Below, piece by piece: positions 37,979 through 47,950 of a stretch of DNA of 64,000 nucleotides. Position numbers and translations under genes: made by a program. How positions within the stretch are numbered: position 1 is the first letter of the stretch; each line of letters begins with the position of its first letter. The notes beneath the pieces were generated by a model. It was not told the origin of the DNA. It was given only the letters and a program-made list of their open reading frames with translations, and ran no database searches. Source of the stretch: a virus (lineage: Duplodnaviria > Heunggongvirae > Uroviricota > Caudoviricetes); IMG/VR virus record IMGVR_UViG_3300032335_000499; one strand, 5' to 3'.

Positions 37979-39329
37979 ATTCAAAAAGCTTGAAGAACAA
38001 ATAGAAAAGCAGAAATTAGATGAGCTTAGTCTAAGCAGTTTTATCGGAGATTTCGGATCAGCCGCAGTAAAAAGTGCGTTTTCTGGTAAAGGTCTCAAGC
38101 AACAGATGATTCAAGACATGTTCTTGAAAGATTTTTACGATGACGCTTACACTTCACTTGATAATGCAATTAAAGGTCGAGTAGTAAACCCTAAAGTAAA
38201 AGGAACTCTTTCACCCACAGCCGTTGAAAAGAATCCTGCTGATGTCAAGCCCGAACCGGGAGAACCAGGAGCTAAACCTACTCCCACAGCTCCAACTGCT
38301 TCAGGAACACCCGCAGTTCCAGGAACACCTTCGGCAGCTCCAGCTACCCCCGGAGCACCCGCAGCCAAAACAAGTGCTACAGCACCCGCAGTTGCAGCTA
38401 ATAAGTCACAGCAGCAAACAACGCAGAATATCAATAACTACGTTAAGCAGGCTGCACAATCAATTAATCAAGCTACTGATAAAAATCAAAAAATTGCACT
38501 TACAAAAGAACTTGTAAACTCTATGGCTGACCGTCAAGGAACGCCCGAATGGAATAACGCTGTTAAAGGCGTTGAAGGTATTATTAAACGAGCAGGAACT
38601 GATCCTGCTTTTGCCAATCAAGCGGTTAATAATCTTCGTTTAGGTAAAACTATGTCAGAAGCTTGGCGAATCTATTTCGCTAACAAGTTGGTAGAAGCAG
38701 TAGGACTTACTTGGAAAGACTTGGGTCTTTCTGTACTGAAAGAGGGTAAGAACTACTATATTGCTGAAACTCGCTACGTTAAACTAAACCAATTATTCGA
38801 AAGCATTATGGAAGTTACAACAGGCGGTGTCGGTTTCGGAGCTACACCTGCTGGAACTACTGCAACAGTCGGTAAAGCAGGGTCAACTCCTGCCCCACAA
38901 AACATCAATCTTCCGCCTAATGCTACTCTAAATACTCCTACAGTTCCTGCAACTCAACAAGCGCAATCACGCGGCGGACCGCAAAGCGTTGGTCAGTATA
39001 TACTAGCTTGGTTTAATCAGTATATGAATGGTGTAGACTGGAAAGCTAGTGAAGATACGGTTTTGCCTCTGATTCAGGCAATCGAAGATTCTTATCCTTC
39101 AGGATATAAGAATGCAATCAAAACACTAGCAAGAACTGCATTTGCGATTTCTAAAGCTTCACCTTCATTACCTGCTGGCATCAAAGATGAAACTGATAAA
39201 CTTGATAAACCTGATGAAGAAGAACCAAAATCCGGTAGTGTTTGGGACGGGGTATTTAAAAAGCCCGGAGCAGATGCAGAAAATCCCGATGCTAAAAAAA
39301 CTACAACAGAGTCAAGACGCCGCAGATGA
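37965..39329 (+). CDS. putative internal virion protein with Pro/Ala/Thr-rich linkers
   Basis: MKISEFKKLEE N-terminus; several [LIM]xE sites. Confidence 0.65.
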   Translation: MKISEFKKLEEQIEKQKLDELSLSSFIGDFGSAAVKSAFSGKGLKQQMIQDMFLKDFYDDAYTSLDNAIKGRVVNPKVKGTLSPTAVEKNPADVKPEPGEPGAKPTPTAPTASGTPAVPGTPSAAPATPGAPAAKTSATAPAVAANKSQQQTTQNINNYVKQAAQSINQATDKNQKIALTKELVNSMADRQGTPEWNNAVKGVEGIIKRAGTDPAFANQAVNNLRLGKTMSEAWRIYFANKLVEAVGLTWKDLGLSVLKEGKNYYIAETRYVKLNQLFESIMEVTTGGVGFGATPAGTTATVGKAGSTPAPQNINLPPNATLNTPTVPATQQAQSRGGPQSVGQYILAWFNQYMNGVDWKASEDTVLPLIQAIEDSYPSGYKNAIKTLARTAFAISKASPSLPAGIKDETDKLDKPDEEEPKSGSVWDGVFKKPGADAENPDAKKTTTESRRRR

Positions 39330-40192
39330 GCATCTTAACTGAAGGTGGGGCAATGCCCGGTGTTGGTGCAATCCATATTGATGAGATTGAACCCACATTG
39401 GATAGCCTAGAAAAGATTTTAGGCATTGACCTCAAGAACAACACTTTAGGTAGCGTAGGCAAGAAAGAATTTTCTGGCGATATCGATGTTGCTCTTGAAA
39501 TAGACCCAGAGGATATTCCTGCATTCGTAGAGAAATTACAGAATATTCCAGAAGTGCTAGACCTTGCAAAAAGTTCAGTAATCATGACTAAGGTTAAGAT
39601 TGCTAACTATGATCCAAACAAACAAGTACAAGGTAAACCAAGAACAGGGTATGTTCAATTAGACTTCATGCCCGGCGAACCGGGCTGGCTCAAGACTTAC
39701 TATCACGCACCCCAGGAGAAAGATAGCAAGTACAAGGGAGTGTATAGAAATCTTTTACTAGCATCAATTGTTGCCCGCGTAAATCGTAAGGACTCAGAAC
39801 AAAAACTACCCGATGGCAGAGCTATGCAATCAGAACGATATATGTGGAGCCCAACTGACGGGTTGGTAAAAGTATTAAGAACTCCTGAACCTAACAAGAA
39901 GGGCGATGGCTACACTAAGAAAAATAATAACAAGATTATCGACGGTCCATATAAAGACCCAAATGAAATTGCCAAAGTGTTGAAACTTGGTACTGCTGAT
40001 AGTTTATATTCATATGAAACATTACGTAAGGCAATGGACGAAAATTATCCATCTGAATTAGTAAACCTTATGCTTAAAGATTTCTCAGAAAATCCTACAG
40101 TACGTGACATCGGTGTTCCTACTGATATCAAGCTTAGCGAGAGCGTAGGTACATCTGACTGGTTCAGAACATTGCTGGACATCGTAAAATGA
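39326..40192 (+). CDS. Pol-beta-superfamily nucleotidyltransferase
   Basis: LGSVGKKEFSGDIDV (GS...DxD) and third Asp in VQLDFM. Confidence 0.8.
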   Translation: MSILTEGGAMPGVGAIHIDEIEPTLDSLEKILGIDLKNNTLGSVGKKEFSGDIDVALEIDPEDIPAFVEKLQNIPEVLDLAKSSVIMTKVKIANYDPNKQVQGKPRTGYVQLDFMPGEPGWLKTYYHAPQEKDSKYKGVYRNLLLASIVARVNRKDSEQKLPDGRAMQSERYMWSPTDGLVKVLRTPEPNKKGDGYTKKNNNKIIDGPYKDPNEIAKVLKLGTADSLYSYETLRKAMDENYPSELVNLMLKDFSENPTVRDIGVPTDIKLSESVGTSDWFRTLLDIVK

Positions 40193-41277
40193 GAATAGTT
40201 GAACTACTAAACGAATCACGGTTGCTTGAAGCAGATGCTAGAACTCCCCATCCTGAGGATTCAGTACTCAGCGGAGTGTCCTCTGCTCGTGATGCTGTTG
40301 ATTCAATGTATCATGTAATTGATAATCCAGAAACACTCACTATCAAGTGGGACGGTTTCCCAGCTCTTATCTTTGGATACAATGACAAAGGACAATTCAC
40401 TGTATCAGACAAATATATGTTTGATAAAGGTACTGAGTACTTAGGAACAAGCCCTAAGTTTTGGCAAGAGTATGATGCTAGTAGAGGCAAGAGTCGCCCA
40501 GATTTGTACGGTAGACTCAATTCTATTTGGAATGGATTGAAAGACGCGGTAGGCGCTAACAAAGGCTTCTTTTGGGGAGACTTGATGTGGGGCGAACAAC
40601 TAAACCCGGTCGACGGCAAGTTCGTATTCAAGCCCAATACTGTAACTTATGCAGTTCCTGTAAAGAGTGAGCTAGGTAATATCATTGCTGGAACCAGCGG
40701 AGGTGTTGCAGTTCATCAGTATTTTGCTGATATTAGTTCACCTCCCGTGCCATGGAACGGCAAAGGTCTACAGAGTAACAGTCAGGTTGCTATTCTCACT
40801 CCGAATATGGGCATTGATTTTGCATTAGAAGCTCCTAAGAATGAAGTTTCGAATGTCAATCAAGCACTTGCTAAGAATGGTAAACTGGATGACTTCTTGA
40901 ATGGCATGGATGGTGTGGCAAGAAACGCTCTAATGAAATACTTAGGACACACAGCAACTAGGCAAACTAACTTGCCACTAGAGCAATGGCTACAAAACAA
41001 TGTCAGTGGTAAGCAATATCGATTCTTGGTCGGGGAAAACGACGGTTATCTTTTCCAAAACAAGGAAGCATTAGATAATCTTATTGAATTGTACTTTGCT
41101 ATCGCCGAACTTAAAAATAGTCTTTCCGATCAACTTGAACAGCAGGTTAAAGGACTAGAACAATCAATCAATGATAGACCGGGCGGCGAAGGATTTGTCT
41201 TCAATACTCCTAAGGGACTAGTTAAGTTAGTCAATCGCGGCGGTTTTAGTGCTGCTCACTTTGGAAAGAAAAAGTAA
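40189..41277 (+). CDS. ATP-dependent ligase/capping-enzyme-fold protein (DUF6267-like)
   Basis: Motif I TIKWDG, III GDLM, IV GEGFVF, V KLVNR. Confidence 0.7.
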   Translation: MRIVELLNESRLLEADARTPHPEDSVLSGVSSARDAVDSMYHVIDNPETLTIKWDGFPALIFGYNDKGQFTVSDKYMFDKGTEYLGTSPKFWQEYDASRGKSRPDLYGRLNSIWNGLKDAVGANKGFFWGDLMWGEQLNPVDGKFVFKPNTVTYAVPVKSELGNIIAGTSGGVAVHQYFADISSPPVPWNGKGLQSNSQVAILTPNMGIDFALEAPKNEVSNVNQALAKNGKLDDFLNGMDGVARNALMKYLGHTATRQTNLPLEQWLQNNVSGKQYRFLVGENDGYLFQNKEALDNLIELYFAIAELKNSLSDQLEQQVKGLEQSINDRPGGEGFVFNTPKGLVKLVNRGGFSAAHFGKKK

Positions 41278-41306
41278 CCCAAAACCGAGTTTTTTTCTGT
41301 CCGGCA

Positions 41307-41332
41307 TAAATACTTATATGAGCTTCGGCTCA
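41307..41332 (+). promoter_or_regulatory. late promoter with 5' cUUCGg hairpin
   Basis: TAAATA, then TGAGC-TTCG-GCTCA at the predicted transcript 5' end. Confidence 0.75.
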
Positions 41333-41353
41333 CTTTTATAAGGAAATAATACA

Positions 41354-41728
41354 ATGGCACAATTTACAAGAGTTAATGGTGACTTCCAGCAAGTTCTAAA
41401 CTTAGACGCCGGTGCGTACACCAACGAAGGCAACACTTCAGCAATCGATTCGGCAGTAACTGTACAGCCTCAGGGTCCAAAGCTTGACTTCTTCACCATC
41501 ACAGGTAACGGTTCACAGGTAGCTGACAACATCAATGCAGTATTCCAAACTGTTCAGCAGCTTGCAACTGTATACATCTATGAGTATACTAACGCAACTG
41601 ACGACACACTTGCAATCGCTGTATACCCAGTCGCTGCATGGACAACTACTACACTTGACGCTGCACTCACAAATGCATGGACTTCAGCAAACGTAGCTGT
41701 AACTGCAACTGCAACTTTCACTAACTAA
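41354..41728 (+). CDS. probably abundant virion protein (possible capsid decoration)
   Basis: MAQFTRVNG; own late promoter, RBS and terminator; A/T/N-rich. Confidence 0.6.
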   Translation: MAQFTRVNGDFQQVLNLDAGAYTNEGNTSAIDSAVTVQPQGPKLDFFTITGNGSQVADNINAVFQTVQQLATVYIYEYTNATDDTLAIAVYPVAAWTTTTLDAALTNAWTSANVAVTATATFTN

Positions 41729-41753
41729 TAGTTAGTAAAACTACTACAACAAG

Positions 41754-41786
41754 AACCCGGGGGATTTTAAATTCTCCGGGTTTTTT
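41754..41786 (+). terminator. intrinsic terminator
   Basis: AACCCGGGGGATTT / AAATTCTCCGGGTT followed by T run. Confidence 0.85.
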
Positions 41787-41804
41787 ATTACTCTAAATAC
41801 GTGT

Positions 41805-42242
41805 ATGTATCGCATATGCTGTTATACTTTATTTGATATCACAAAGACCGGTGTACACAACCGTTCTAAGCCGATAGATGATTCAGTTGATGATTGGCTA
41901 AAGCGAAGAAATACACAATGCAATTTTGATACTGTGCTACAGGTAATTTCTCTCAGGTCACAGCCTGAAGTAACTAAAATCCCTGTCATGTGTCAAATGG
42001 ATATACAAGATTTTGATAAGTTTGGATTCCTCTACAACACAGAAGAACCTTGCTACTATTGGAAATTCGAGTTTGAAATACAACACCCTAGTGTTTTTGA
42101 AAATGGTATTAAGCCATTAGGAGCACTATATAACGATTGTGAGGGTGTACCGATGATTAGTATAGAAGGACAGCATTCGGCTTGTCCTAAATTTCTAAAC
42201 GTTTCTGTAGAATTACAGAATATTTATTTTGAGGTAGTATGA
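41805..42242 (+). CDS. hypothetical protein
   Basis: TLFDITKTGV...NFDTVLQVISLRSQP; TAAATA 5 nt upstream. Confidence 0.75.
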   Translation: MYRICCYTLFDITKTGVHNRSKPIDDSVDDWLKRRNTQCNFDTVLQVISLRSQPEVTKIPVMCQMDIQDFDKFGFLYNTEEPCYYWKFEFEIQHPSVFENGIKPLGALYNDCEGVPMISIEGQHSACPKFLNVSVELQNIYFEVV

Positions 42243-42724
42243 CTAACGCAATTAAATTAGCTAACTTTATCGATTCGGGTCTTGACTCCAATATCTCAGA
42301 GATATTGGTTACTAAAGAACATGCCGGTAGATATACCTTGTTCAATAAGTATTCAATTGTACTTAATAAGCGCGGATTCTATACTGTGTTTTCATCCAAA
42401 ACGATGTCATTGAGTGAGTTTTCTAGTCTTAAGATTGCTATGTCATGGTGTGTATTTGATCATCTTGGTAAATACAGCGAAGGCCGTAGATTAGAGCATT
42501 TAGATTTAAAACTGTGTAGTATTGCGATTGACATTGCGGTGCATAAAAAGAAAATCAAATCTTCAAATGATGTGGCTAGTAAGTTGATCTATACTATCAA
42601 GCTACAAGAGGACAATTTTTGTCGTAGACAAACCCTACAAGAAATCAAAAATTACATAAATAATTCTAGAGCATTGCAGGAACAAAAGTTTAGGGCAAAA
42701 GCTCCTAAAATTAATTACGTGTGA
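42239..42724 (+). CDS. hypothetical protein
   Basis: 161-aa ORF. Confidence 0.7.
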   Translation: MTNAIKLANFIDSGLDSNISEILVTKEHAGRYTLFNKYSIVLNKRGFYTVFSSKTMSLSEFSSLKIAMSWCVFDHLGKYSEGRRLEHLDLKLCSIAIDIAVHKKKIKSSNDVASKLIYTIKLQEDNFCRRQTLQEIKNYINNSRALQEQKFRAKAPKINYV

Positions 42725-42758
42725 TAAATACTACACAATCAATATGGAAGAATAACCT

Positions 42759-43478
42759 ATGAAACTCACTGATTTAGATAAAAATAATGTTGCAGCAAAG
42801 GCTCTTAAAGAGAGCTTTGCAGTTGACTTTGACATTTCAGGTCTAGACAGACCAAAGACTTTAACAATGTTAAAGAAAGTCAAGGGGCTTATCGCTGAAA
42901 CTAGACAATCACCTAAGCAGCATCGTTCGGAAACTAACCCGACCTATATGAAGATGTTGTTCATGGAACAAGCACTGTCTGCTCATCTTAAGGTTGCTAA
43001 GACTCCTCGTATCGTTTTTGAAAACGAAGAAGTAGATAAGTCACAGGTAATTCTTGCTGCACAAGACATGATTGATTCTGTACAAAAAATGTATGAAGAT
43101 GTTAATGATATGCTTGTCAAAGAACTTCCAGCACTGACTGATTCAATTCAGAGTGAAATCGGTGTTAATGAAAGTGATGCATTCAACACTGCTGCTACTG
43201 AGGCACTCAATACATTAAACACTGCACTACAAGCAGCACAGACTGGTCTCAGAGGCGCTCTAGGCGGTCTAACAGGACAAGCTGGCGCTGGATTTGATCC
43301 AAGTGCAGAAATGCCAGTTGGAGGAGAAATGCCAGCCGGAGATGAAGAAGTAGACCTCAACGTAGATATTGATGCTGAAATGCCAGCAGAAGAACCTGGC
43401 GCAGAACTTCCTCCTATTCCAGATATGGATGACGAAGAAGACCTCCCAACTGGCGGTGCAGGCCGAGCAAAGCGATAA
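42759..43478 (+). CDS. helical/acidic late protein (possible prohead core component)
   Basis: GATAAATA upstream; LKE and FEN sites; acidic tail. Confidence 0.6.
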   Translation: MKLTDLDKNNVAAKALKESFAVDFDISGLDRPKTLTMLKKVKGLIAETRQSPKQHRSETNPTYMKMLFMEQALSAHLKVAKTPRIVFENEEVDKSQVILAAQDMIDSVQKMYEDVNDMLVKELPALTDSIQSEIGVNESDAFNTAATEALNTLNTALQAAQTGLRGALGGLTGQAGAGFDPSAEMPVGGEMPAGDEEVDLNVDIDAEMPAEEPGAELPPIPDMDDEEDLPTGGAGRAKR

Positions 43479-43484
43479 CATATA

Positions 43485-43826
43485 ATGTTATTGCGTGAGT
43501 TTGATAGAGATCAGGATAGTGCGATGGTTAGCCAAATCGTCGCACTAACCAATCAACTCCAGCAAGATGTTGACTCCGGTGAAGTAGATGCTGATAACTA
43601 TACTGTTGACCAGCTTTTAGATTATTTTCAACAATATGACGTTATACTAGACGTTAATGACTTGTACAACATGGTACGAGTTCCTCCCTTAAAAGGTATT
43701 ATTACTAATATTCAGGGTGATAAGGTAGTCTTTAAAGGCCATCAAGAGGACACTGCTGACAAGCCAGAGGGCGGAGACAGTGAAAAAACTGTTCAGCAAA
43801 TGGCTAAACGAGCAATGAAAACTTAA
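43485..43826 (+). CDS. hypothetical protein
   Basis: MLLREF N-terminus; V.QMAKRA C-terminus. Confidence 0.7.
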   Translation: MLLREFDRDQDSAMVSQIVALTNQLQQDVDSGEVDADNYTVDQLLDYFQQYDVILDVNDLYNMVRVPPLKGIITNIQGDKVVFKGHQEDTADKPEGGDSEKTVQQMAKRAMKT

Positions 43827-43872
43827 CCATAATAGTTGCATTTTTGCAACAATGTGCTATATTATAGCTTCA

Positions 43873-44634
43873 ATGAAAAAAGAAATAACAATATCTCATT
43901 TAGTTGTTAACGGATGCAGCTTTACATACTGTGAAGGATTGGAAAATCCCTCAACCCAAGGATGGCCTACTTTATTAGCAAAAAAGCTAAATGTTCCGGT
44001 AGTAAATCTAGCTATGGGCGGAACCGGAAATCATAGAATATATCGTAAAACCGTAGATTATTTCTTTAAAGATACCGAAAGCAATCCTTTTTATTTAATA
44101 GGCATGACTTCATGCACACGAATGGAACAGTATAGTAGGCATATATCAGATTATGTTGCTATTAATATAGTGGGTAAACATTACACTCAGTTGTGGGAAA
44201 ATCAGTTCGTAAGGTTAATGCAGAAGGGCAATGATCCTCTAATATTAGCAAAAGCTAAACTAGATATTTGGCTATCTATCATCAACTTATTCAAATCAAC
44301 CGACACTAATTATCTTATGACTGACATGCTGGTAAACGGACCTGAAGTTGACGATGAACTTAGTGAGATGTACCCAAAATTATTCGACTACACAATCAAT
44401 GACCCTAACCATGCCAAAGATTATGTAAAACACACGAGTAACTTAGGTAAGCTTCCGTGCAACCATTATGATGCTGAGGCTCAAATTAAAATATCCGAGT
44501 ACTTGTATCAGGAACTAACAGCCAGGTATATTGTTAATCCAGTAAGCACTGACTATCTAAAACTCAAAGATTTTTACACTGAATCGGAAACTAACTACAT
44601 TAGTACCCGAAAAAAAGGAGACTGGATAATATAA
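43873..44634 (+). CDS. SGNH/GDSL-hydrolase-like protein
   Basis: NGCSFT, W...LAKKL..PVVNLAMGGTGN, distal HY. Confidence 0.65.
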   Translation: MKKEITISHLVVNGCSFTYCEGLENPSTQGWPTLLAKKLNVPVVNLAMGGTGNHRIYRKTVDYFFKDTESNPFYLIGMTSCTRMEQYSRHISDYVAINIVGKHYTQLWENQFVRLMQKGNDPLILAKAKLDIWLSIINLFKSTDTNYLMTDMLVNGPEVDDELSEMYPKLFDYTINDPNHAKDYVKHTSNLGKLPCNHYDAEAQIKISEYLYQELTARYIVNPVSTDYLKLKDFYTESETNYISTRKKGDWII

Positions 44635-45320
44635 TGTCTTTAATAACTAAATTCCCCTATAAAGAAATGAAACGTGAAACGACTACAGAAGGTCGTAAGT
44701 ATGTTGCACCCGATGGCAATAAGCTTCCAAGCGTCACTACTATCCTTGACGCAACAAAACCAATTGAAGCAAAGAAAGCGTTGATTGAATGGCGCCGCAG
44801 AGTAGGCGAACAAAAAGCTAAGGAAATCACCACAGAAGCTGCCGGAAGAGGCACCAGAATGCATAAGTATCTTGAGAACTATGTTCTTACAGGAGAAACA
44901 GGTGAGCCCGGAAGCAATCCGTATAGCAAGCAATCACATACGATGGCGCATACAATCATATCTCAAGGCTTATCCAACTGTCCCGAGTTCTGGGGCACGG
45001 AAGTATCTCTATATTTTCCTAAAATTTATGCTGGGACCACAGACTTAGTTGGCTTACATAGTGGCGATGAAGCTATCCTAGACTTCAAGCAAACAAACAA
45101 GCCAAAGAAGCGTGAATGGATTGAAGACTATTTTCTACAGTTGACTGCCTACGCAAACGCACATAATGAAATATACGGAACTAAGATACGCAAGGGTGTA
45201 ATCCTTATGTGTAGTGCTGATAATCAATATCAAGAGTTTATTGTAGAAGGCAATGAGTTTGATACCTGGTCAGATAACTGGTGGAAACGAGTAGAGGAAT
45301 ACTACACCAAGTTCATTTAA
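44634..45320 (+). CDS. PD-(D/E)xK exonuclease
   Basis: PSVTTIL, RGTRMH, AGTTD, ILDFKQ, QLTAYA. Confidence 0.88.
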   Translation: MSLITKFPYKEMKRETTTEGRKYVAPDGNKLPSVTTILDATKPIEAKKALIEWRRRVGEQKAKEITTEAAGRGTRMHKYLENYVLTGETGEPGSNPYSKQSHTMAHTIISQGLSNCPEFWGTEVSLYFPKIYAGTTDLVGLHSGDEAILDFKQTNKPKKREWIEDYFLQLTAYANAHNEIYGTKIRKGVILMCSADNQYQEFIVEGNEFDTWSDNWWKRVEEYYTKFI

Positions 45321-45366
45321 ACCTGTAAAGATAAATAAGTGTAATTAACGGACAAAGATTACACTT

Positions 45367-47940
45367 ATGGCAATTTTACAGATTTCTAAAATTCAACAAC
45401 GTTCGGGTAATTTAGTAGACTTACCACAACTGGACGATGCAGAGTTTGGTTGGGCGACTGATGCCAAACGACTTTTCATTGGTAAATCTACCCCTAACGA
45501 GAACATTGAAGTTCTTACTTCATACTCGCAGATTAATTTTAGTCAAATTAACGGTTCAGTTGGCAATTTAAATATCAGCAATGTCACTTTGGTTGACGGT
45601 CAAGTACTAGCCTATGATGGCAGTGAGTGGGTCAATAAGGGCGGGGATGCAGGTGGATTAATAACATTGGGCGATGTTTCTAATGTTAAGATCGACGGCG
45701 GCGCAATTGGTTATGTTCTTGAAACTGATGGAGTAGGTAATCTATCTTGGACACCTAAATCCAGTATTACTTCGTTTTTTGAAAACGTCACCAAAGCTGA
45801 TCCAGCAGTAGTAACTACTACTCAGGATAACTTTTTCACTCAGGGTGCATCAATCACTGTAACAAATGTTACTGGAATGACGCAACTTAATGGTAATGTA
45901 TATTATGTAGATGTTCTCACTTCTAATACTTTTGCACTTTATCATGATTCTGGCTTAGCAAATACAGTAGACTCTACTGGTTATGGTACTTTCCCCTATG
46001 CTACAGTTTCGGCAACCGACACTTTAACAGATCAAATTACAGTATCCGATGCAACGCCCTTTACTCTAAATGACCCTGTTGTATTTACCGGTGATTTAGG
46101 TAATAGTACAATTGTTGTTGGTCAAACATACTACGTTAAGACTAAAGACACATCAGCCCCAAATACTTGGATTACTATTTCAACGATTGCTGGTGGCAAT
46201 ACCTTTGATCCAGGTACAGAAGCAAGTCCGACTGGCGCAGCAGTGTATGTTCCGGGCGGTCGCGCCGTATCATTAGTATCAGGTGGAACATCTTCACTTG
46301 CAGCCGCAGGTACGCCTACTCAAATTCAATACAATGATACCAGTCTCTTGCAGGGTAATGCAGATTTTACCTATAACAATTCTACAAAATTATTAACTCT
46401 GAATGGCAATGCTAACGTAGGTAATTTAAATGCAACTGGTGTATCAACTGCTACCCGATTTATATCTAATATAGCTAACGGAACTCCTCCGCTACAAGTA
46501 ACATCTGTTACCCGAGTATCTAACTTAAGCGTAGCATATTCTAACGTTTCAGATTTCGGTGTAGTGACTACGCAAACAACAGGTACATTCTATCCTGTTA
46601 TGGTAAGTGCTAACACTAGTGCAAACTATGCACTAGCATCTAACGCTAATATTTCATTCAACGCAGCAACCGGAAATCTTTCAGTAACTCTTTTGAATGC
46701 TTCTAGCAATGCGAACGTTGGTAACTTAGGAACTGCTGGATTAATCGTTGCAACTGGTAATGTTACTGGTGGTAATTTGGTAACAGGCGGCGCATTGAGT
46801 GTAACAGGTAATGCGAACGTCGGTAACTTAGGCACAGCCAGAGTTATTGCTACTGGAAATATTAGCGGTACGCAGTTGATCAGCAATATTGCAACTGGCA
46901 CTGCTCCTCTTGTAGTTACATCAACTACTACTGTTGCTAACCTTGCTGCTGCAACAGCCACTACTGCTGGCACAGTGACAACAGCAGCACAACCCAATAT
47001 CACTAGTGTTGGTACACTAACTTCATTAGCAGTGACAGGTAATATTAGTGCAGGTAACGTAAGTGCTACAACATTCACCGGTGCACTAAGCGGCGCGGCG
47101 ACAAGCGCAACTACTGCTGGTACTGTAACAACTGCGGCGCAGCCTAATATTACATCAGTTGGTACGTTAACAAGTTTAAGTGTCACTGGTAACATTAGTG
47201 CAGGTAATGTAAGTGCAACAACATTTACAGGCGCATTGACTGGAGCAGCAAGTACAGCCGGTACTGTTACTACAGCGGCACAGCCTAATATTACATCAAC
47301 TGGCACATTAACATCACTGGCAGTAACAGGTAACATTAGTGCAGGTAATGTAAGTGCAACAACATTTACGGGTGCATTGACCGGAGCTGCAACTACTGCT
47401 GGTACTGTAACAACTGCGGCGCAGCCTAATATTACATCAACTGGCACATTAACATCATTAGGTGTAAGTGGAGCGTTAACTACTACGCAAATTACAGCAG
47501 GCGCAAACACTACAGCAGGTAACATAACCGGCAACTGGACATTAACAACAGGTTCAAGCTTAACTGCTACTTACGCTGACCTTGCAGAATACTACGAAGC
47601 TGATGTAAAATATCTGCCTGGCACGGTGTTGATGTTTGGTGGAGAGAAAGAAGTCACTCTAGCAGATGACGGTACAAATAGAGTAGCAGGCGTAGTGTCT
47701 ACTAACCCAGCATATGTCATGAACGCAACCTGTCCCGGACTACTGACCGCAGTAGCACTACAAGGTCGTGTACCATGTAAAGTTCGTGGCAAGATTAGTA
47801 AAGGCGACATGCTCATTTCAGGTGGCAATGGATTCGCAAGACCAAATCAGTTCCCTTCTATGGGTACGGTAATAGGTAAAGCACTGCAAGACTTTGATGG
47901 TTATGAAGGCGTCATTGAAGTAGCAGTCGGAAGATTATAA
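45367..47940 (+). CDS. tail fibre / receptor-binding-type virion protein
   Basis: LPQLDDAEFGWATD..RLFIG N-terminus, G/N/T/A-rich shaft, AQPNITS repeats, C-terminal ADLAEYY...VALQGRVPCKV domain. Confidence 0.8.
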   Translation: MAILQISKIQQRSGNLVDLPQLDDAEFGWATDAKRLFIGKSTPNENIEVLTSYSQINFSQINGSVGNLNISNVTLVDGQVLAYDGSEWVNKGGDAGGLITLGDVSNVKIDGGAIGYVLETDGVGNLSWTPKSSITSFFENVTKADPAVVTTTQDNFFTQGASITVTNVTGMTQLNGNVYYVDVLTSNTFALYHDSGLANTVDSTGYGTFPYATVSATDTLTDQITVSDATPFTLNDPVVFTGDLGNSTIVVGQTYYVKTKDTSAPNTWITISTIAGGNTFDPGTEASPTGAAVYVPGGRAVSLVSGGTSSLAAAGTPTQIQYNDTSLLQGNADFTYNNSTKLLTLNGNANVGNLNATGVSTATRFISNIANGTPPLQVTSVTRVSNLSVAYSNVSDFGVVTTQTTGTFYPVMVSANTSANYALASNANISFNAATGNLSVTLLNASSNANVGNLGTAGLIVATGNVTGGNLVTGGALSVTGNANVGNLGTARVIATGNISGTQLISNIATGTAPLVVTSTTTVANLAAATATTAGTVTTAAQPNITSVGTLTSLAVTGNISAGNVSATTFTGALSGAATSATTAGTVTTAAQPNITSVGTLTSLSVTGNISAGNVSATTFTGALTGAASTAGTVTTAAQPNITSTGTLTSLAVTGNISAGNVSATTFTGALTGAATTAGTVTTAAQPNITSTGTLTSLGVSGALTTTQITAGANTTAGNITGNWTLTTGSSLTATYADLAEYYEADVKYLPGTVLMFGGEKEVTLADDGTNRVAGVVSTNPAYVMNATCPGLLTAVALQGRVPCKVRGKISKGDMLISGGNGFARPNQFPSMGTVIGKALQDFDGYEGVIEVAVGRL
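46960..47460 (+). repeat. about 3.5 tandem coding repeats of ~138-147 bp
   Basis: TAGTVTTAAQPNITS(V/T)GTLTSL(A/S)VTGNISAGNVSATTFTGAL unit. Confidence 0.9.
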
Positions 47941-47950
47941 GGATAATAAA

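Noticed and set aside
44634-45320. Cas4 / CRISPR adaptation gene
   Set aside because: PD-(D/E)xK nuclease lacking the four Fe-S cysteines; no cas genes or array nearby
46960-47460. Possible CRISPR array or DGR template/variable repeats
   Set aside because: Repeats are in-frame coding units without unique spacers; differences are not adenine-specific and no reverse transcriptase is present
46626-47534. 302-aa minus-strand repetitive ORF
   Set aside because: Mirror of the Thr/Ala/Gly-rich fibre repeats
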